Source: an uncultured Cellvibrionaceae bacterium
Lineage (GTDB): Bacteria > Pseudomonadota > Gammaproteobacteria > Pseudomonadales > Cellvibrionaceae
NCBI GenBank assembly: GCA_965650515.1
Contig: CBFGOY010000001.1
Span: 59,289-123,288, forward strand
Reading direction: 5' to 3'
DNA: 64,000 bases
Numbering within the stretch: the stretch's first letter is position 1; each line of letters begins with the position of its first letter. A program made the translations under genes and the position numbers. Below the pieces are notes generated by a model. That model was not told the origin of the DNA and did not search any database. It was given only the letters and a program-made list of their open reading frames with translations. This document shows, piece by piece, positions 8,037 to 19,297 of the stretch.

Positions 8037-11003
8037 TCAGGCGTCCATGAATGCATCAAGATGACGCGGCAGCGTTATCACAAATCTGGCGCCGCGATTA
8101 TGAACCGGATCGGCGGGGCTAATAATATCCATATGGCCGCTGTGGTCTTCAATAATGCTGTAAACCATTGCCAGGCCCAAACCTGTGCCTTCACCGGGTT
8201 CCTTTGTGGTAAAGAAGGGTTCCAGGATGCGCTCGATCAGCTCCGGGGGGATACCGTGCCCCTCGTCGGTAACAGAAACTGTTACCGAATCCTCATCTTC
8301 GTTACTTTCAAGCATAACACGCCCTTGCTCCGGGCTGGCATCCCGCGCATTAGATAAAAGATTTATAAAAACCTGGATAATGCGTTGCGCGTCACCGGCA
8401 ATGATGGCCGTTTTAGGGATGTCATTGCAAAACAGCACCTGGTTTTTATCTTTTTGCAGTGACAGGAGATGGATTGCTTCATTGGCGCAGTCACGAATGG
8501 AAACAGCCTCGAATTCGGATTTACTGGCGTGACCGGCATGGGAAAAGCTGACCAATGACTGCACAATTCGCCCGACCCTATCCGTCTGGCTAAGGATCTG
8601 TTCCGCAGTTTCCAATATTTCCGGATCTTCGGAATCATATTTAAGGTTTTGCGCGAGGCAGGCGATGCCAGTAATCGGATTGCCGATTTCATGGGCGACG
8701 CCCGCCGCCAGGCGGCCCACTGAGGCGAGGCGTTCTGAATGCACCAGCTCCTGTTCCAGCAATTGGGTTTCAGTGACATCTTCCAGCAGCATGACCTGGT
8801 CATATACCCCCGCGGTGATTGGTCCTTCAATGTTGGCTTTATGCAGGCTGATCCAATGGGGGCCGTTATTCAACTCGATCTCTCGCCGGTAGAAATGGGG
8901 TTCTTTGCTTTGGCTGAAATCAATTAACAGGCTGCACCAGGGTTCGGGGATATCTTCGAGGTAGGAGCCGGTCACATCTTCCGTAGGAATGCGGGTCAGG
9001 TTCGCCATGGCGCGGTTCCACATCAATACCTCCATATCGCGGCCCAGCGAGCAGACCGCCATAGGCAATTCTTCCAGTGTCTTGCGATGGTAAAGGCGCA
9101 GGGTATTAAGCTCTGCCGCCATGCCGGTGAGGTGATCTCGGTATTCCGACAGGCGGTTTTCGATCAGGTTGATATCCACTGTGCTCTGGGTTTCGGCGAT
9201 AACGTGGGGGATGTATTTATCCATGATTTCACTGGCCACATGGATACCCATCAGGCTGGAAAGGTTGCCTTCAATCTGGTCGCGCAGGCGGCGCAGGGCG
9301 TAGGGGCGGCGCTCGTCGATGGTGAGATTGAGTTCCTGGAGCGCGATATCCACTTCGCGGCTCGCTGTTACCTTGCCCAGGGGTTTAGCGAGGCGATGCT
9401 TGAATTCCGATGCGGAGTGAACATCCAGTGCCTGGCGTACCGGATGGCTGAGTTCATCCGCCGCACAAAGCTCGGCACTGTATTGCTCATCCTCTGTCTG
9501 CCGGGTACACAATGAAATCACCACGAAGAAGAAGGTATTGAGGCCAAGAGAAATGAGCGTGACCTGGCTCCAGTATTCAATACCAACGGGAATTCTCAGT
9601 TCACCCAGGGGTAGCTGGAGATATTCGATACCGGTCAGGATCGGTAGCAATAAGCCAAGGGCCCAAATGCTGGTACCGACGGACAGGCCGGTAATGAGGC
9701 CGCGTTTGTTGCCCCGGCTCCAAAACACAATGGCGAATGTGGCGGGAAGGAATTGCAGGGTTTCGATAAACGCGGTCATTGCCAGGTGGGCGAGGCTGAA
9801 ACGGTTGTCCAAGACCCAGTAGAACACATAACCGCCGGCGAAGATGGCGGCGATCAGCACCCGTCGCAACCAGATCAATTGGCTGTAGAGATCGGTCCGG
9901 GTGCGCAGCTTGAGGCTGGGCAATAACCAATGGTTCATCACCATGGTTGAGAGGGCGAGGGAAATAATCACCATGGCCCCGGTTGCGGCTGAAAGCCCAC
10001 CCAGGAACGCCAGCAAGGTTAGCCCTGGTGAATCGAACAGGATGGGAACACCCAGCGAATAGTATTGTGGCGGTAAAGGGACCGACAGTTCGGTGCCCGC
10101 CCACAGGATCGGGAAAATCGGCAGTGCCATTAACAACAGGAACAGCGGGAAGGCCCAGGTTACTGTATGGGAGTTACGCATCAGCGGGTTTTCCGCCAAT
10201 CCCAGATGGAAGATATGCGGCATGGTTACCGCGGTGGAGACAAACACCAGTAACAGCGTATGTGCGGAATCGGTATGAATAGGGGTATGCAGGAGTGCAA
10301 GGTTTTCAGGGTGGTCGAGCAGCCATTGGTCGAGGCCGTCCAAACCATCGAATACCCCATAAACCGCTACCAGGCCAACCGCGCAAAGGGCGCAAACCTT
10401 TAACAATGACTCAAATGCCATCGCCGTAATCAGCCCGCGATGCTGGTCGCGGTTGGCGCCGAAAGAAATGGTAAAAAACGCCAATATCGCGCAGTAACAA
10501 AGGGCCATTACATCTTTAAAGGTCAGTCCGGTTCCGGCGAGGGGTAACGAAGGGTTACTGCTGACGGTAAGGATATGCATGGTATCGGCAATCGCCTGGA
10601 TTTGCAGGGCGAGCAACGGCAAGATCCCGCATAGCATACAAAGTGTTGTGAGCGCGCCCACGCTGTGGCTGTGGTAGCGGAATACCAGCAAATCGGCCAA
10701 TGAATGTACCTGGTGGCGCCGCGCCAATTCGGCCAGCGGTGCCAGGGCAACGGGTGCGAACAGGAAGAGTGCGCCGGTGCCAAGGTAATACGCCAGGGCG
10801 CCATAGCCATACTGGAACGCAAGGTCGATGACCCCGTAGAAGGCCCAGGCGCTGGCAAAAATCCCAAGGGACAAAATATAGGTAATGGGATGGGATGTTA
10901 CTGATTCGGGAATCCAGCCGCGCTCGGTAATCCAGGCGATACCAAACAATAGCAACAGGTAACCGATTCCGAGGAGTGCAACTTGGCTGAGGTCAAAAGT
11001 CAT
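8037..11003 (-). CDS. cbrA: SLC5-transporter-fused sensor histidine kinase CbrA
   Basis: ~13 TM SSF-like N-terminus, linker/STAC-like region, PAS (VLMWNRAM), H-box [32 protein letters not shown]. Confidence 0.93.
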   Translation of the reverse strand: MTFDLSQVALLGIGYLLLLFGIAWITERGWIPESVTSHPITYILSLGIFASAWAFYGVIDLAFQYGYGALAYYLGTGALFLFAPVALAPLAELARRHQVHSLADLLVFRYHSHSVGALTTLCMLCGILPLLALQIQAIADTMHILTVSSNPSLPLAGTGLTFKDVMALCYCAILAFFTISFGANRDQHRGLITAMAFESLLKVCALCAVGLVAVYGVFDGLDGLDQWLLDHPENLALLHTPIHTDSAHTLLLVFVSTAVTMPHIFHLGLAENPLMRNSHTVTWAFPLFLLLMALPIFPILWAGTELSVPLPPQYYSLGVPILFDSPGLTLLAFLGGLSAATGAMVIISLALSTMVMNHWLLPSLKLRTRTDLYSQLIWLRRVLIAAIFAGGYVFYWVLDNRFSLAHLAMTAFIETLQFLPATFAIVFWSRGNKRGLITGLSVGTSIWALGLLLPILTGIEYLQLPLGELRIPVGIEYWSQVTLISLGLNTFFFVVISLCTRQTEDEQYSAELCAADELSHPVRQALDVHSASEFKHRLAKPLGKVTASREVDIALQELNLTIDERRPYALRRLRDQIEGNLSSLMGIHVASEIMDKYIPHVIAETQSTVDINLIENRLSEYRDHLTGMAAELNTLRLYHRKTLEELPMAVCSLGRDMEVLMWNRAMANLTRIPTEDVTGSYLEDIPEPWCSLLIDFSQSKEPHFYRREIELNNGPHWISLHKANIEGPITAGVYDQVMLLEDVTETQLLEQELVHSERLASVGRLAAGVAHEIGNPITGIACLAQNLKYDSEDPEILETAEQILSQTDRVGRIVQSLVSFSHAGHASKSEFEAVSIRDCANEAIHLLSLQKDKNQVLFCNDIPKTAIIAGDAQRIIQVFINLLSNARDASPEQGRVMLESNEDEDSVTVSVTDEGHGIPPELIERILEPFFTTKEPGEGTGLGLAMVYSIIEDHSGHMDIISPADPVHNRGARFVITLPRHLDAFMDA

Positions 11004-11042
11004 TATGCGTTCTTATTTACCGTGGAGGTTTGCCTTACGGGT

Positions 11043-11225
11043 TCAATCAATGTCGTGGTACTTCTTGCGCCGCAACTGGATCGCAAACGCAATTCCGATC
11101 ACCAGGATCCATGCAATATAAGGCCGATACCAGGCACCTTCAGGGTTGATAATCCAGTTAAACAGGCTGGGAGAAAAAATATAGGCAATCAGCAACAGTA
11201 ATATGACCAGGCGTTGATTGTTCAT
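11043..11225 (-). CDS. cbrX: CbrX-like 60-aa membrane peptide
   Basis: MNNQRLVILLLLIAYIFSPSLFNWIINPEGAWYRPYIAWILVIGIAFAIQLRRKKYHDID; two hydrophobic segments and the GAWYRPY motif I recall from Pseudomonas CbrX; directly upstream of cbrA. Confidence 0.85.
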   Translation of the reverse strand: MNNQRLVILLLLIAYIFSPSLFNWIINPEGAWYRPYIAWILVIGIAFAIQLRRKKYHDID

Positions 11226-11289
11226 GATTTGTCTTTCCTGGGTGGTGCAAGTACGCGACCGGGTTGATGTTATTGTTTTCCAATGCCTG

Positions 11290-12216
11290 TTAATTATCGC
11301 TATATAAATGGCTGAGGCCTTTAACTCTGTCCCTGCGCCAATGATGCAATCCCCAGTCCAGGATCTCCCGGGTTGATGCACCCGCCAACCCGGCGGGCGG
11401 ATTTTGCCCTAAAAACTCTAGCCCACGCCACAGGTTCCTGCTCGCTTCTTTATAGTCTATCGCTTTGGCATGGTTCTGTTTGCTGAGCTTTTGGCCATTG
11501 GCCTGGACAGCCAGGGGTAGATGGCCAAAGGCCGGCAGCGGGGCGCCCAACAATCCGAACAGGAACAATTGGCGGCCGGTGACTTCCAGCAAATCACTAC
11601 CGCGAATTACGTGGGTGATACCCTGGGCAATATCGTCCAGCACAACGGCCAATTGATAGGCGAAGAAGCCATCGCGTCGCTTGACTATTTGATCGCCCGC
11701 CCGGGTGCGCAGGTTTTGCGCCTGGGCGCCCTGGATCAGGTCGTGGAACCGGATTTCGTCGGCGCTTGCGTGATCTGGAATATCGTAGAGTTTAAGTCGC
11801 AGTGAATGGGGGCGCGCCAAATCCACCTTGCGGTTGCGGCAATGCCCGTTGTAAATGCCGCCCATGGCGGCCAGATCCTGGCGCGAACAGCTACAGGGGT
11901 AAACCCAGTGGCGCGCCAGCAAATAATCAATGCCGTCCTGGTACGCCTGGTGGCGTTGGCTCTGGTACATAACCTCACCGTCCCATTGCAGGCCATGCCC
12001 GTCAAGGCACTCCAGGATCGCATTGGCGGCGCCGGGTTGCTCGCGCGGTGGATCAAGGTCTTCCATACGGACCAACCATTGCCCGTTGTTGGCTTTGGCA
12101 TCAAGGTAACTTGCCAGTGCGGTGACCAGCGAACCGAAGTGCAACGGGCCGGACGGCGAGGGAGCAAATCTGCCTATATAAAGAGGATTAATAGCGGAGT
12201 TGAGCAGGGAGGGCAT
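11290..12216 (-). CDS. gluQ: Glutamyl-Q tRNA(Asp) synthetase
   Basis: GRFAPSPSGPLHFGS, RMEDLDPPRE, YPCSCSR, YQLAVVLDD, KLSKQ; downstream of dksA. Confidence 0.95.
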   Translation of the reverse strand: MPSLLNSAINPLYIGRFAPSPSGPLHFGSLVTALASYLDAKANNGQWLVRMEDLDPPREQPGAANAILECLDGHGLQWDGEVMYQSQRHQAYQDGIDYLLARHWVYPCSCSRQDLAAMGGIYNGHCRNRKVDLARPHSLRLKLYDIPDHASADEIRFHDLIQGAQAQNLRTRAGDQIVKRRDGFFAYQLAVVLDDIAQGITHVIRGSDLLEVTGRQLFLFGLLGAPLPAFGHLPLAVQANGQKLSKQNHAKAIDYKEASRNLWRGLEFLGQNPPAGLAGASTREILDWGLHHWRRDRVKGLSHLYSDN

Positions 12217-12251
12217 AGTGTTGGGGTGGGCTGGCCCACCCCCGGGCGATG

Positions 12252-12695
12252 TTAACCGCCAATTTGCTTTTCTTTGATTTCCGCGAGGGTTTTGCAATCG
12301 ACGCAGAGTGTGGCGGTGGGACGGGCTTCCAAACGGCGGATACCAATTTCCACACCGCAGGCATCGCAATAGCCATAATCGTCGTTTTCAATCAGCTCGA
12401 GGGTGCTGTCGATTTTCTTGATCAGCTTGCGCTCGCGGTCGCGGGTGCGCAGCTCCAGGCTGAACTCTTCCTCCTGGCTGGCGCGGTCGGCGGGGTCGGG
12501 GAAGTTAGCCGCTTCATCTTTCATGTGGCTTACGGTACGGTCTACTTCTTCCATCAGCTCTGAGCGCCAGTTAAGCAACAGGTTTCTGAAATGCTGCTTC
12601 TGGTTGTCGTTCATATATTCTTCACCCTTTTTCTCCACATAGGGAGTAAAAGGACGCAGTGCGAAGGTTTCAGTAGAGGGTGATTTTTTCGCCAT
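12252..12695 (-). CDS. dksA: RNA polymerase-binding transcription factor DksA
   Basis: FPDPADRASQEEEF, 4-Cys zinc finger CDAC/CVDC, RLEARPTA. Confidence 0.98.
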   Translation of the reverse strand: MAKKSPSTETFALRPFTPYVEKKGEEYMNDNQKQHFRNLLLNWRSELMEEVDRTVSHMKDEAANFPDPADRASQEEEFSLELRTRDRERKLIKKIDSTLELIENDDYGYCDACGVEIGIRRLEARPTATLCVDCKTLAEIKEKQIGG

Positions 12696-12953
12696 AGTGT
12701 TAGCGCCTCGTAAGACTTCCTGGATCAGCATTCATCTGCACCAAAGGGAGGGCAGAATTAGAAGGGGGAGCAAGCTATCAGATAACAAATAGGAGTGCCA
12801 GTTTTTTTCATTGGTATTCCGTTGGATTACAAGCGGGCTTGTTAATTCCGGTCGGGATTCGGTCACGAACAAAAACTATAGCCCTAAAATGGCGCGTTTG
12901 TGGTTCAATTCGCCGCTATGTCACCCTTGGTTTCCCGAGTCGATAGCCTGGTT

Positions 12954-13664
12954 ATGATCCCCTTATACCCCGCGAAGTTGCTTACCCGTTATAAACGCTT
13001 TCTCGCCGATATAGTTTTGCCGGATGGCAGCGAGTTTACCATTCACTGCCCGAACACCGGTTCGATGAAAAATTGCGTTCTACCCGAAGCTCCCTGTTGG
13101 TACTCGGTTAGCGATAGCAAGACGCGCAAATATCCGCAAACGCTGGAAGTTGTGACCACTCCCGGCGGTTACCTGGCGGGTATTAACACCGGGCGTGCCA
13201 ATGCTTTGGTGGAGGAGGCCATTTCCAGCGGTGTTATCACCGAATTGCGCGGCTATCAGGGACTCAGGCGCGAGGTGGTGTATGGTCGCGAAAAATCGCG
13301 TATTGATTTCCTCCTGGACGGAAACCCGGCTGATCCACGTGCATGCTACCTGGAAGTCAAGAATGTGACCCTGATGGAATCTGATGGTGAGGGATTTTTC
13401 CCCGATGCAATCAGTGCGCGCGGTAGCAAGCATATCCGGGAACTAACGGTGATGGCGCAGCAGGGGCAACGTGCGGTCCTGCTGTTTTGTGTGCAGCATA
13501 CCGGTATTAAAACGGTTCGCCCGGCGGACCATATCGATAAAACCTATGGTGCGATTTTGCGCGAGGCCAAAGCCGCCGGAGTTGAAGCTATTGCCTATGC
13601 GGCGGAAATAGTGCCGCATCAACATCGCATAGCGCTGGTTCAATCTTTACCGGTTGAGGTTTGA
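12954..13664 (+). CDS. sfsA: Sugar fermentation stimulation protein A (DNA/RNA nuclease fold)
   Basis: [35 protein letters not shown]. Alternative start at 12918. Confidence 0.95.
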   Translation: MIPLYPAKLLTRYKRFLADIVLPDGSEFTIHCPNTGSMKNCVLPEAPCWYSVSDSKTRKYPQTLEVVTTPGGYLAGINTGRANALVEEAISSGVITELRGYQGLRREVVYGREKSRIDFLLDGNPADPRACYLEVKNVTLMESDGEGFFPDAISARGSKHIRELTVMAQQGQRAVLLFCVQHTGIKTVRPADHIDKTYGAILREAKAAGVEAIAYAAEIVPHQHRIALVQSLPVEV

Positions 13665-14584
13665 TGGAGTGCCGGTGCTTTTTTGTTACCGGAGTTAATG
13701 ACGGCAACCGCCCCCAGGATTAACAAGGTTGCACTGTATTCTGGCCAACCGGGTTCTTCGCCCAGCAATAAAACGCCGGACACCACACCAACTAAAGGCG
13801 TAATTAATGAGGAAAGGGAAGATACGCTGACCGGGACCAGGCTAACCAGCCGAACCCACGCCCAGTAACAAAACATAAATGCAATAAAGATGTTGTAGAC
13901 CACTCCCCAGAGCGCCCATGTTGAAGGCATTGTTTGCGGAAGCCCATCAATAAACATCGCAGCGATCAATACCGGGACACTGGCCAGCAATAATAACCAG
14001 CCGGTCAGTACCACTGCGTTCATCGGAATTTGCCAACGCTTCATCATCACGGTACCGGCGGCCCAACACCAGGCGGCGATGATCATAAATGCGGCACCGG
14101 CAAGTAGGTCCCGGTTAAGCGGCCCACCGAACCAGCTCAGCAGTGATTCGCTCATTAACGCCAGCACGCCGCCGGTTCCCAATAACAAGGCGATGCCGAC
14201 GCGCGCGGTAAATTTATCGCGTAACACCCAAATGGAAAGCAACACCGTCCAGATCGGCATGGTGTAACCCAATAATGCCGAACGCCCGGCGGGCAACAAA
14301 GTTAATCCGTAGGTAGCCAGTACATTCCAGGCGATGATATTAAATACACAAACCCAGATTATTTTTTTTACATAACCGCGGGGTATTTGCAGCGCGAGTC
14401 CGGACGCGCGCGCAATGCCAAGAATTCCCAGTCCTCCCAGCAGTAAACAAAAACCACGGAAGCTCAGCGGCGGAATTTCGCTGATAATAAATTTCATGAT
14501 GGGCCAGTTAATGCCCCATCCAATCGCTAAACCCAGTAGTAACAAAATGCCTTCCGCGGAAAGGCGAGAGGAAGCGTTGTGCAT
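13640..14584 (-). CDS. DMT/EamA-family transporter
   Basis: 10 TM segments in two repeats, WGINWP, PVVGVVSG-like motif; 3' end overlaps sfsA by 25 nt. Confidence 0.9.
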   Translation of the reverse strand: MHNASSRLSAEGILLLLGLAIGWGINWPIMKFIISEIPPLSFRGFCLLLGGLGILGIARASGLALQIPRGYVKKIIWVCVFNIIAWNVLATYGLTLLPAGRSALLGYTMPIWTVLLSIWVLRDKFTARVGIALLLGTGGVLALMSESLLSWFGGPLNRDLLAGAAFMIIAAWCWAAGTVMMKRWQIPMNAVVLTGWLLLLASVPVLIAAMFIDGLPQTMPSTWALWGVVYNIFIAFMFCYWAWVRLVSLVPVSVSSLSSLITPLVGVVSGVLLLGEEPGWPEYSATLLILGAVAVINSGNKKAPALHQTSTGKD

Positions 14585-14689
14585 GGACACTCACTTAACA
14601 AACGATAGGAAAAATACCACCGGGAAGGGAAAGGCTCGGCGGGCTCGTATTGGAACCCGCATTAACATCATAGACTCTCGATGAAAAAA

Positions 14690-15235
14690 TTACCTGGCTG
14701 GTGTGTTGGGTGGAAACTGTTGCAATAGTTGCGTAAAACTTTCACGCAATTTATTTTCCGCCTTGAGTGAAAAATTAATCAGCGGTATGCCTTCTGCGGT
14801 GCCGCGCCAAATCAGCGTATTGGATTTGGTTTGTGTGATGTCGATCACCATAACTCCCTCTTGCTTTCCCCTGCCTAATATTTGGCCTGTGCCCAGGCCA
14901 ATGTTCCCGTGGCGCCCAACCGGCATACCTATGCCAATGCCAATACTGGTATTGCCGCCGCTGCTCACGCGTGAAAAAACCTGCAAGTCCAGCAGCAAGT
15001 CCGGGTTATTATCCGAGGCCACAAAACCTTGCGCGCGCATTTGGTCGTCGGCCAGGCGTTGCAGGAAGGCTTTATCGGTGCCCGCGATATCCACCGTCAC
15101 CCCGCGCCATTGATAGGTTTTGAGGTTATTGAAATCGGTGCCGGATTTAAAATCGCCGCCGTATCTTGTGTTGGTGCAAGCTCCCAGCAGGATGAGCGTG
15201 GCAAATGCTAGCAAGCGGGAAATATTCGGCATCAT
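14690..15235 (-). CDS. DUF4136-family lipoprotein
   Basis: Lipobox LLGAC, NFNNLKTYQW-like, EGVMVIDI...LIWRG motifs. Start trimmed to MMPNIS. Confidence 0.82.
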   Translation of the reverse strand: MMPNISRLLAFATLILLGACTNTRYGGDFKSGTDFNNLKTYQWRGVTVDIAGTDKAFLQRLADDQMRAQGFVASDNNPDLLLDLQVFSRVSSGGNTSIGIGIGMPVGRHGNIGLGTGQILGRGKQEGVMVIDITQTKSNTLIWRGTAEGIPLINFSLKAENKLRESFTQLLQQFPPNTPAR

Positions 15236-15365
15236 GAATCTGTCCTCCGGGTGTGGTGGAAGGAAGTATAACCCAGTCCTGCGAAGTGAATGGGCATAGA
15301 GTTTGCAAACCCTGTGGAACTGGCGCAGACTGCGCCGCGTTTTTAAATTCATCCTGGAGTTAAGT

Positions 15366-16190
15366 GTGGATTTTTTACTGATTATCAAAGCGATTGTATT
15401 AGGTGTAGTTGAGGGCCTTACTGAATTTTTACCTATCTCCAGTACCGGCCATTTGATTGTGGCCGCGGATGTGATCAATTTCCATAACGATGGCCGTGTG
15501 TTTGAAATTGCTATCCAGTTAGGCGCCATCCTTGCTGTAGTGGTTGAATATCGGAAAAAATTTATCGGTGTGGCACTGGGAATGTTTAACGACACACAGG
15601 CGCAAAAGTTTATTGCCAACCTGCTCATTGCATTTTTACCCGCCGCGATTATCGGTGTGATGTTTATCTCTATTATCAAAACCTATTTATTCAATCCGCT
15701 GAGTGTGGCCGCCATGTTAATTTTGGGCGGCATAGTGATCCTCTGGGCGGAACGCCGTACACATCAGGTACGTGTGCATAATGTGGATGATATGAGCTGG
15801 AAGGATGCGCTTAAGGTGGGGTTGTTCCAGGTAGTGTCCATGGTGCCGGGTACGTCCCGTTCGGGAGCGACGATTATCGGTGGCCTGTTTATCGGCCTTG
15901 ACCGCAAGGTTGCCGCGGAGTTTTCATTCTTCCTCGCTGTGCCTACGATGTTTGCCGCAACCTTTTACGATATTTATAAACACCGCGACTTATTGCACAC
16001 CGGCGATGTGCCCATGTTTGCCGCGGGATTTATTACCGCATTTTTGAGTGCCTGGCTGGCGGTAAGGACGCTGGTGCGTTTTGTGGCTAACCATACTTAC
16101 GAAGTGTTCGCCTGGTATCGAATTGTCTTCGGGCTGGCCATTTTGATAACCGCCTATACCGGCGTGGTAACCTGGAGCGGCGTCGAATAA
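15366..16190 (+). CDS. uppP: Undecaprenyl-diphosphatase
   Basis: GVVEGLTEFLPISSTGHL, IQLGAILAV, PGTSRSGATI, AAEFSFFLAVP; GTG start with GGAG RBS. Confidence 0.97.
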   Translation: MDFLLIIKAIVLGVVEGLTEFLPISSTGHLIVAADVINFHNDGRVFEIAIQLGAILAVVVEYRKKFIGVALGMFNDTQAQKFIANLLIAFLPAAIIGVMFISIIKTYLFNPLSVAAMLILGGIVILWAERRTHQVRVHNVDDMSWKDALKVGLFQVVSMVPGTSRSGATIIGGLFIGLDRKVAAEFSFFLAVPTMFAATFYDIYKHRDLLHTGDVPMFAAGFITAFLSAWLAVRTLVRFVANHTYEVFAWYRIVFGLAILITAYTGVVTWSGVE

Positions 16191-16192
16191 TT

Positions 16193-16573
16193 TCAATTGA
16201 TAAACTTTACGACGCTGGTATCTTTCTCACGGCTTTTTCCGGCGTCGTGAAGTTTTTGCAGATAATCATTCCACAGTTGTTCCCGGTTTTTCCCCAATTC
16301 GTAAAGGTAGTTCCAGGTGTAAATACCTGTGTCATGGCCATCGCTGAAAATTATTTTGAGCGCGTAATTCCCGGCGCGTTCAATGTCGGTGATCGCAACA
16401 TCCTTCTTGCCGAACTGCAATACCTCCTGCCCGGGACCATGGCCTTTGACTTCAGCGCTGGGGGAATAAACCCGCAGGAATTCGGCGGGCAATAAAAATT
16501 GCTCGCCACTAAAATACAATTCCAGTTGTTGCGATTGCTTATGCAGTTTGATTTTGGCGGGAATGTGGTTCAT
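16193..16573 (-). CDS. DUF971 / gamma-butyrobetaine-hydroxylase-like N-terminal domain protein
   Basis: LPAEFLRVYSPSAEVKGHG, GNYALK..FSDGHDTGIYTW; TAATG overlap with hslU. Confidence 0.9.
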   Translation of the reverse strand: MNHIPAKIKLHKQSQQLELYFSGEQFLLPAEFLRVYSPSAEVKGHGPGQEVLQFGKKDVAITDIERAGNYALKIIFSDGHDTGIYTWNYLYELGKNREQLWNDYLQKLHDAGKSREKDTSVVKFIN

Positions 16574-17895
16574 TAGAGGATATATCGGCTCAAGTCTTCA
16601 TTTTTTGCCAGTTCACCCAAGTGTTTTTCCACATAGGCAGCATCAATTTCCACGCAATTGTTTCCATTGCCGGCGTCGAAGGAAATATCTTCCAATAATC
16701 TTTCCAGAATCGTATGCAAACGGCGTGCGCCGATATTTTCGGTGCGTTCATTTACATCATAAGCGGTTTCCGCAATGCGGCGGATGCCCTCCCTGGTAAA
16801 CGAAATATCCACGCCTTCTGTTTTAAGCAACGCTTGCTGCTGCTCCGTGAGTGATGCCTTGGGTTCGGTGAGGATGCGTTCAAAATCTTCCGGTGTCAGG
16901 GCTTGCAATTCCACGCGAATAGGCAAGCGGCCTTGCAATTCCGGAATCAAATCCGAGGGTTTGCTTAAATGGAATGCGCCCGAGGTGATAAACAAGATAT
17001 GGTCGGTTTTGATCATGCCGTGTTTGGTTGAAACGGTGCAGCCTTCGATCAAGGGTAATAAATCGCGTTGCACCCCTTCACGCGAGACATCGGCACCGCT
17101 CACGTTTCCGCGACGGGCAACCTTGTCGATTTCATCGATAAAGACAATGCCGTTTTGTTCGGCAGCTTCAATGGCCTGGGCTTTGATATCGTCTTCGCTG
17201 ACCAGTTTTGCCGCTTCTTCATCCTGCAATTGTTTGAAGGCTTTTTTTACGGTGATTTTGGTTTTTTTAAATTTCTCGCGCCCGAGGGATGAAAACATGC
17301 TTTGTAATTGGTTGGTCATTTCTTCCATACCGGGTGGTGCCATAATTTCCACGCCCACCGGAGTGGCAGCAAGATCAATTTCAATTTCTTTATCGTCCAG
17401 TTCGCCTTCGCGTAATTTTTTACGAAATACCTGGCGTGTACCGGATTCATGTTTGCTTTCTTCGGGAGATATATTCCGCGCTGGCGGTAACAGCACATCC
17501 AGAATACGCTCTTCAGCAGCTTCTGCTGCGCGATGTTGTACCGATTTCACCGCTTGCTCGCGGCGCATTTTTATCGCGACATCTACCAAATCGCGAATAA
17601 TGGATTCGACATCGCGGCCGACATATCCGACTTCGGTAAATTTGGTGGCTTCCACCTTAATAAACGGCGCATTGGCAAGTTTCGCCAGGCGGCGCGCAAT
17701 TTCCGTTTTGCCCACGCCGGTGGGGCCGATCATCAAAATATTTTTGGGCGTGATTTCATTGCGCATATCCATCGGCACCTGCATACGGCGCCAACGGTTG
17801 CGCAGGGCAATGGCAACTGCGCGTTTGGCATTTGCCTGGCCGATAATATGTTTATCCAATTCGTGCACGATTTCGCGCGGGGTCATAGAGGACAT
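16573..17895 (-). CDS. hslU: ATP-dependent protease ATPase subunit HslU
   Basis: [48 protein letters not shown]. Confidence 0.99.
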   Translation of the reverse strand: MSSMTPREIVHELDKHIIGQANAKRAVAIALRNRWRRMQVPMDMRNEITPKNILMIGPTGVGKTEIARRLAKLANAPFIKVEATKFTEVGYVGRDVESIIRDLVDVAIKMRREQAVKSVQHRAAEAAEERILDVLLPPARNISPEESKHESGTRQVFRKKLREGELDDKEIEIDLAATPVGVEIMAPPGMEEMTNQLQSMFSSLGREKFKKTKITVKKAFKQLQDEEAAKLVSEDDIKAQAIEAAEQNGIVFIDEIDKVARRGNVSGADVSREGVQRDLLPLIEGCTVSTKHGMIKTDHILFITSGAFHLSKPSDLIPELQGRLPIRVELQALTPEDFERILTEPKASLTEQQQALLKTEGVDISFTREGIRRIAETAYDVNERTENIGARRLHTILERLLEDISFDAGNGNNCVEIDAAYVEKHLGELAKNEDLSRYIL

Positions 17896-17996
17896 AGAAA
17901 ACTCGTTGGTATCTTTGTACGTTGATGGCTGTGTTGGCGGGGACTGTGTGGGCTGTCAGAGGCTGCGCCCCGCCACAACACCGGGCTAATAATTAA

Positions 17997-18521
17997 TTAA
18001 TAATCAAGGATTTCGATGGTGTGATTCTGGTTGGTGAACACACAAATATCGCCGGCAATCTTCAAGCCTTTTTCGACAATGCTGCGCGCATCCAGGGACG
18101 TATTGTCCAGCAGTGCACGCGCTGCCGCCTGGGCGTAGTTACCACCGGAGCCAATCGCAATCAGGTCGTCTTCGGGCTGGATAACATCGCCGTTACCGGT
18201 AATGATTAGCGAGGCTTCTTTATCGGCGACAGCGAGCAATGCTTCCAGTCGTCGCAGGCTTCGATCCGTTCGCCAATCTTTTGCCAATTCAACGGCCGCG
18301 CGCGTGAGTTGCCCGTTATGCGCTTCGAGTTTGGCTTCAAAGCGTTCGAACAGGGTGAATGCATCGGCGGTGCCGCCGGCAAATCCGGCCAATACCTGGT
18401 TTTTGTACAGGCGGCGCACTTTGCGCGCATTACCTTTCATCACGGTATTGCCAAGGGATACCTGGCCGTCGCCACCAATTACCACCTGGCCTTCGCGGCG
18501 AACAGAGAGAATCGTAGTCAC
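17997..18521 (-). CDS. hslV: ATP-dependent protease subunit HslV
   Basis: GTG start, N-terminal TTILSVRR (Thr1 nucleophile), [14 protein letters not shown]. Confidence 0.98.
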   Translation of the reverse strand: MTTILSVRREGQVVIGGDGQVSLGNTVMKGNARKVRRLYKNQVLAGFAGGTADAFTLFERFEAKLEAHNGQLTRAAVELAKDWRTDRSLRRLEALLAVADKEASLIITGNGDVIQPEDDLIAIGSGGNYAQAAARALLDNTSLDARSIVEKGLKIAGDICVFTNQNHTIEILDY

Positions 18522-18594
18522 AGGACTTCCTTTAAATAAGTTCAGATGCAAACGACACCGGCGTCAGGTGCGGCATCGTCTCGGGAATTAGCAA

Positions 18595-18621
18595 AGTGGG
18601 GGCAGGCACTGCTTTTTCAAG
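18595..18621 (-). promoter_or_regulatory. Sigma32 (RpoH) heat-shock promoter for hslVU
   Basis: CTTGAAA-N13-CCCCACT against consensus CTTGAAA-N13/14-CCCCATnT. Confidence 0.82.
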
Positions 18622-18658
18622 CGGTGCTGTTCTTGCGGTGTGTGGATGGAAATGCCTG

Positions 18659-19204
18659 CTACCTGGCTTTAGCGCGTTTCAGAACCAGTGCGTTGTACTC
18701 GTTCTTCACCAATTGCGAGCGGGCGCTGGTGAGCGCATTTTGATTATCGAAAGGACCAACAACGACGCGGTGCCAGATTTCGCCTTTGCGGATTTCCACC
18801 CTTTCGATACCGGCATCCAGATTTAACAGGATAAGTTGCGCGCGCAATTTATCGGCGTCTTCCGCTTTGGGGAAGGAGCCTACCTGGATCAGGTATTCAA
18901 CGCCTGCTTCCTGCTGCGCGGGCTTTTCTTCGCCATTGGCCTCGCTGGCGGGAACAATGGTTTCGCTTTCCTGGAGCAATTTGTAGAAGTCGAAACGGGG
19001 CTTGGGGGCTTTGTTTTCCGTGACTTTCGCTTTGGGTTCTTCCTTGGGCGCAGGCGCTTCCACCGGATTCTTAATGAAATAATAACTTGCCGCAAACGCT
19101 CCCATCACCAGGCCCGCCACAAACCATAACCAGGCTGGTGTCTGGCCGTTGCTGCTATTGCGTTTGGCCGGTGTGCGGCCCTTTTTGGCGAAGTCTCTGC
19201 TCAT
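18659..19204 (-). CDS. SPOR-domain cell division protein (FtsN-like)
   Basis: Basic N-terminus, single TM, FDFYKLL motif, C-terminal SPOR (YLIQVGSF...WHRVVVGPF); between priA and hslV. Confidence 0.88.
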   Translation of the reverse strand: MSRDFAKKGRTPAKRNSSNGQTPAWLWFVAGLVMGAFAASYYFIKNPVEAPAPKEEPKAKVTENKAPKPRFDFYKLLQESETIVPASEANGEEKPAQQEAGVEYLIQVGSFPKAEDADKLRAQLILLNLDAGIERVEIRKGEIWHRVVVGPFDNQNALTSARSQLVKNEYNALVLKRAKAR

Positions 19205-19297
19205 GGAATCGTTACTGGCTAAAAAATCAGGGCGCGATTGTAAAGGGATTGGCAGGCCCAGTCACTAGAATGCATGGCTCTATTCGCTATGCAGCGG

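Noticed and set aside
12780-12800. Sigma54 promoter for dksA (TGGCACTCCTATTTGT, minus)
   Set aside because: No GC at the required -12 position and the spacing is wrong.
16775-17989. 404-aa + strand ORF
   Set aside because: It is an antisense shadow of hslU with Ser/Arg-rich composition and no motifs.
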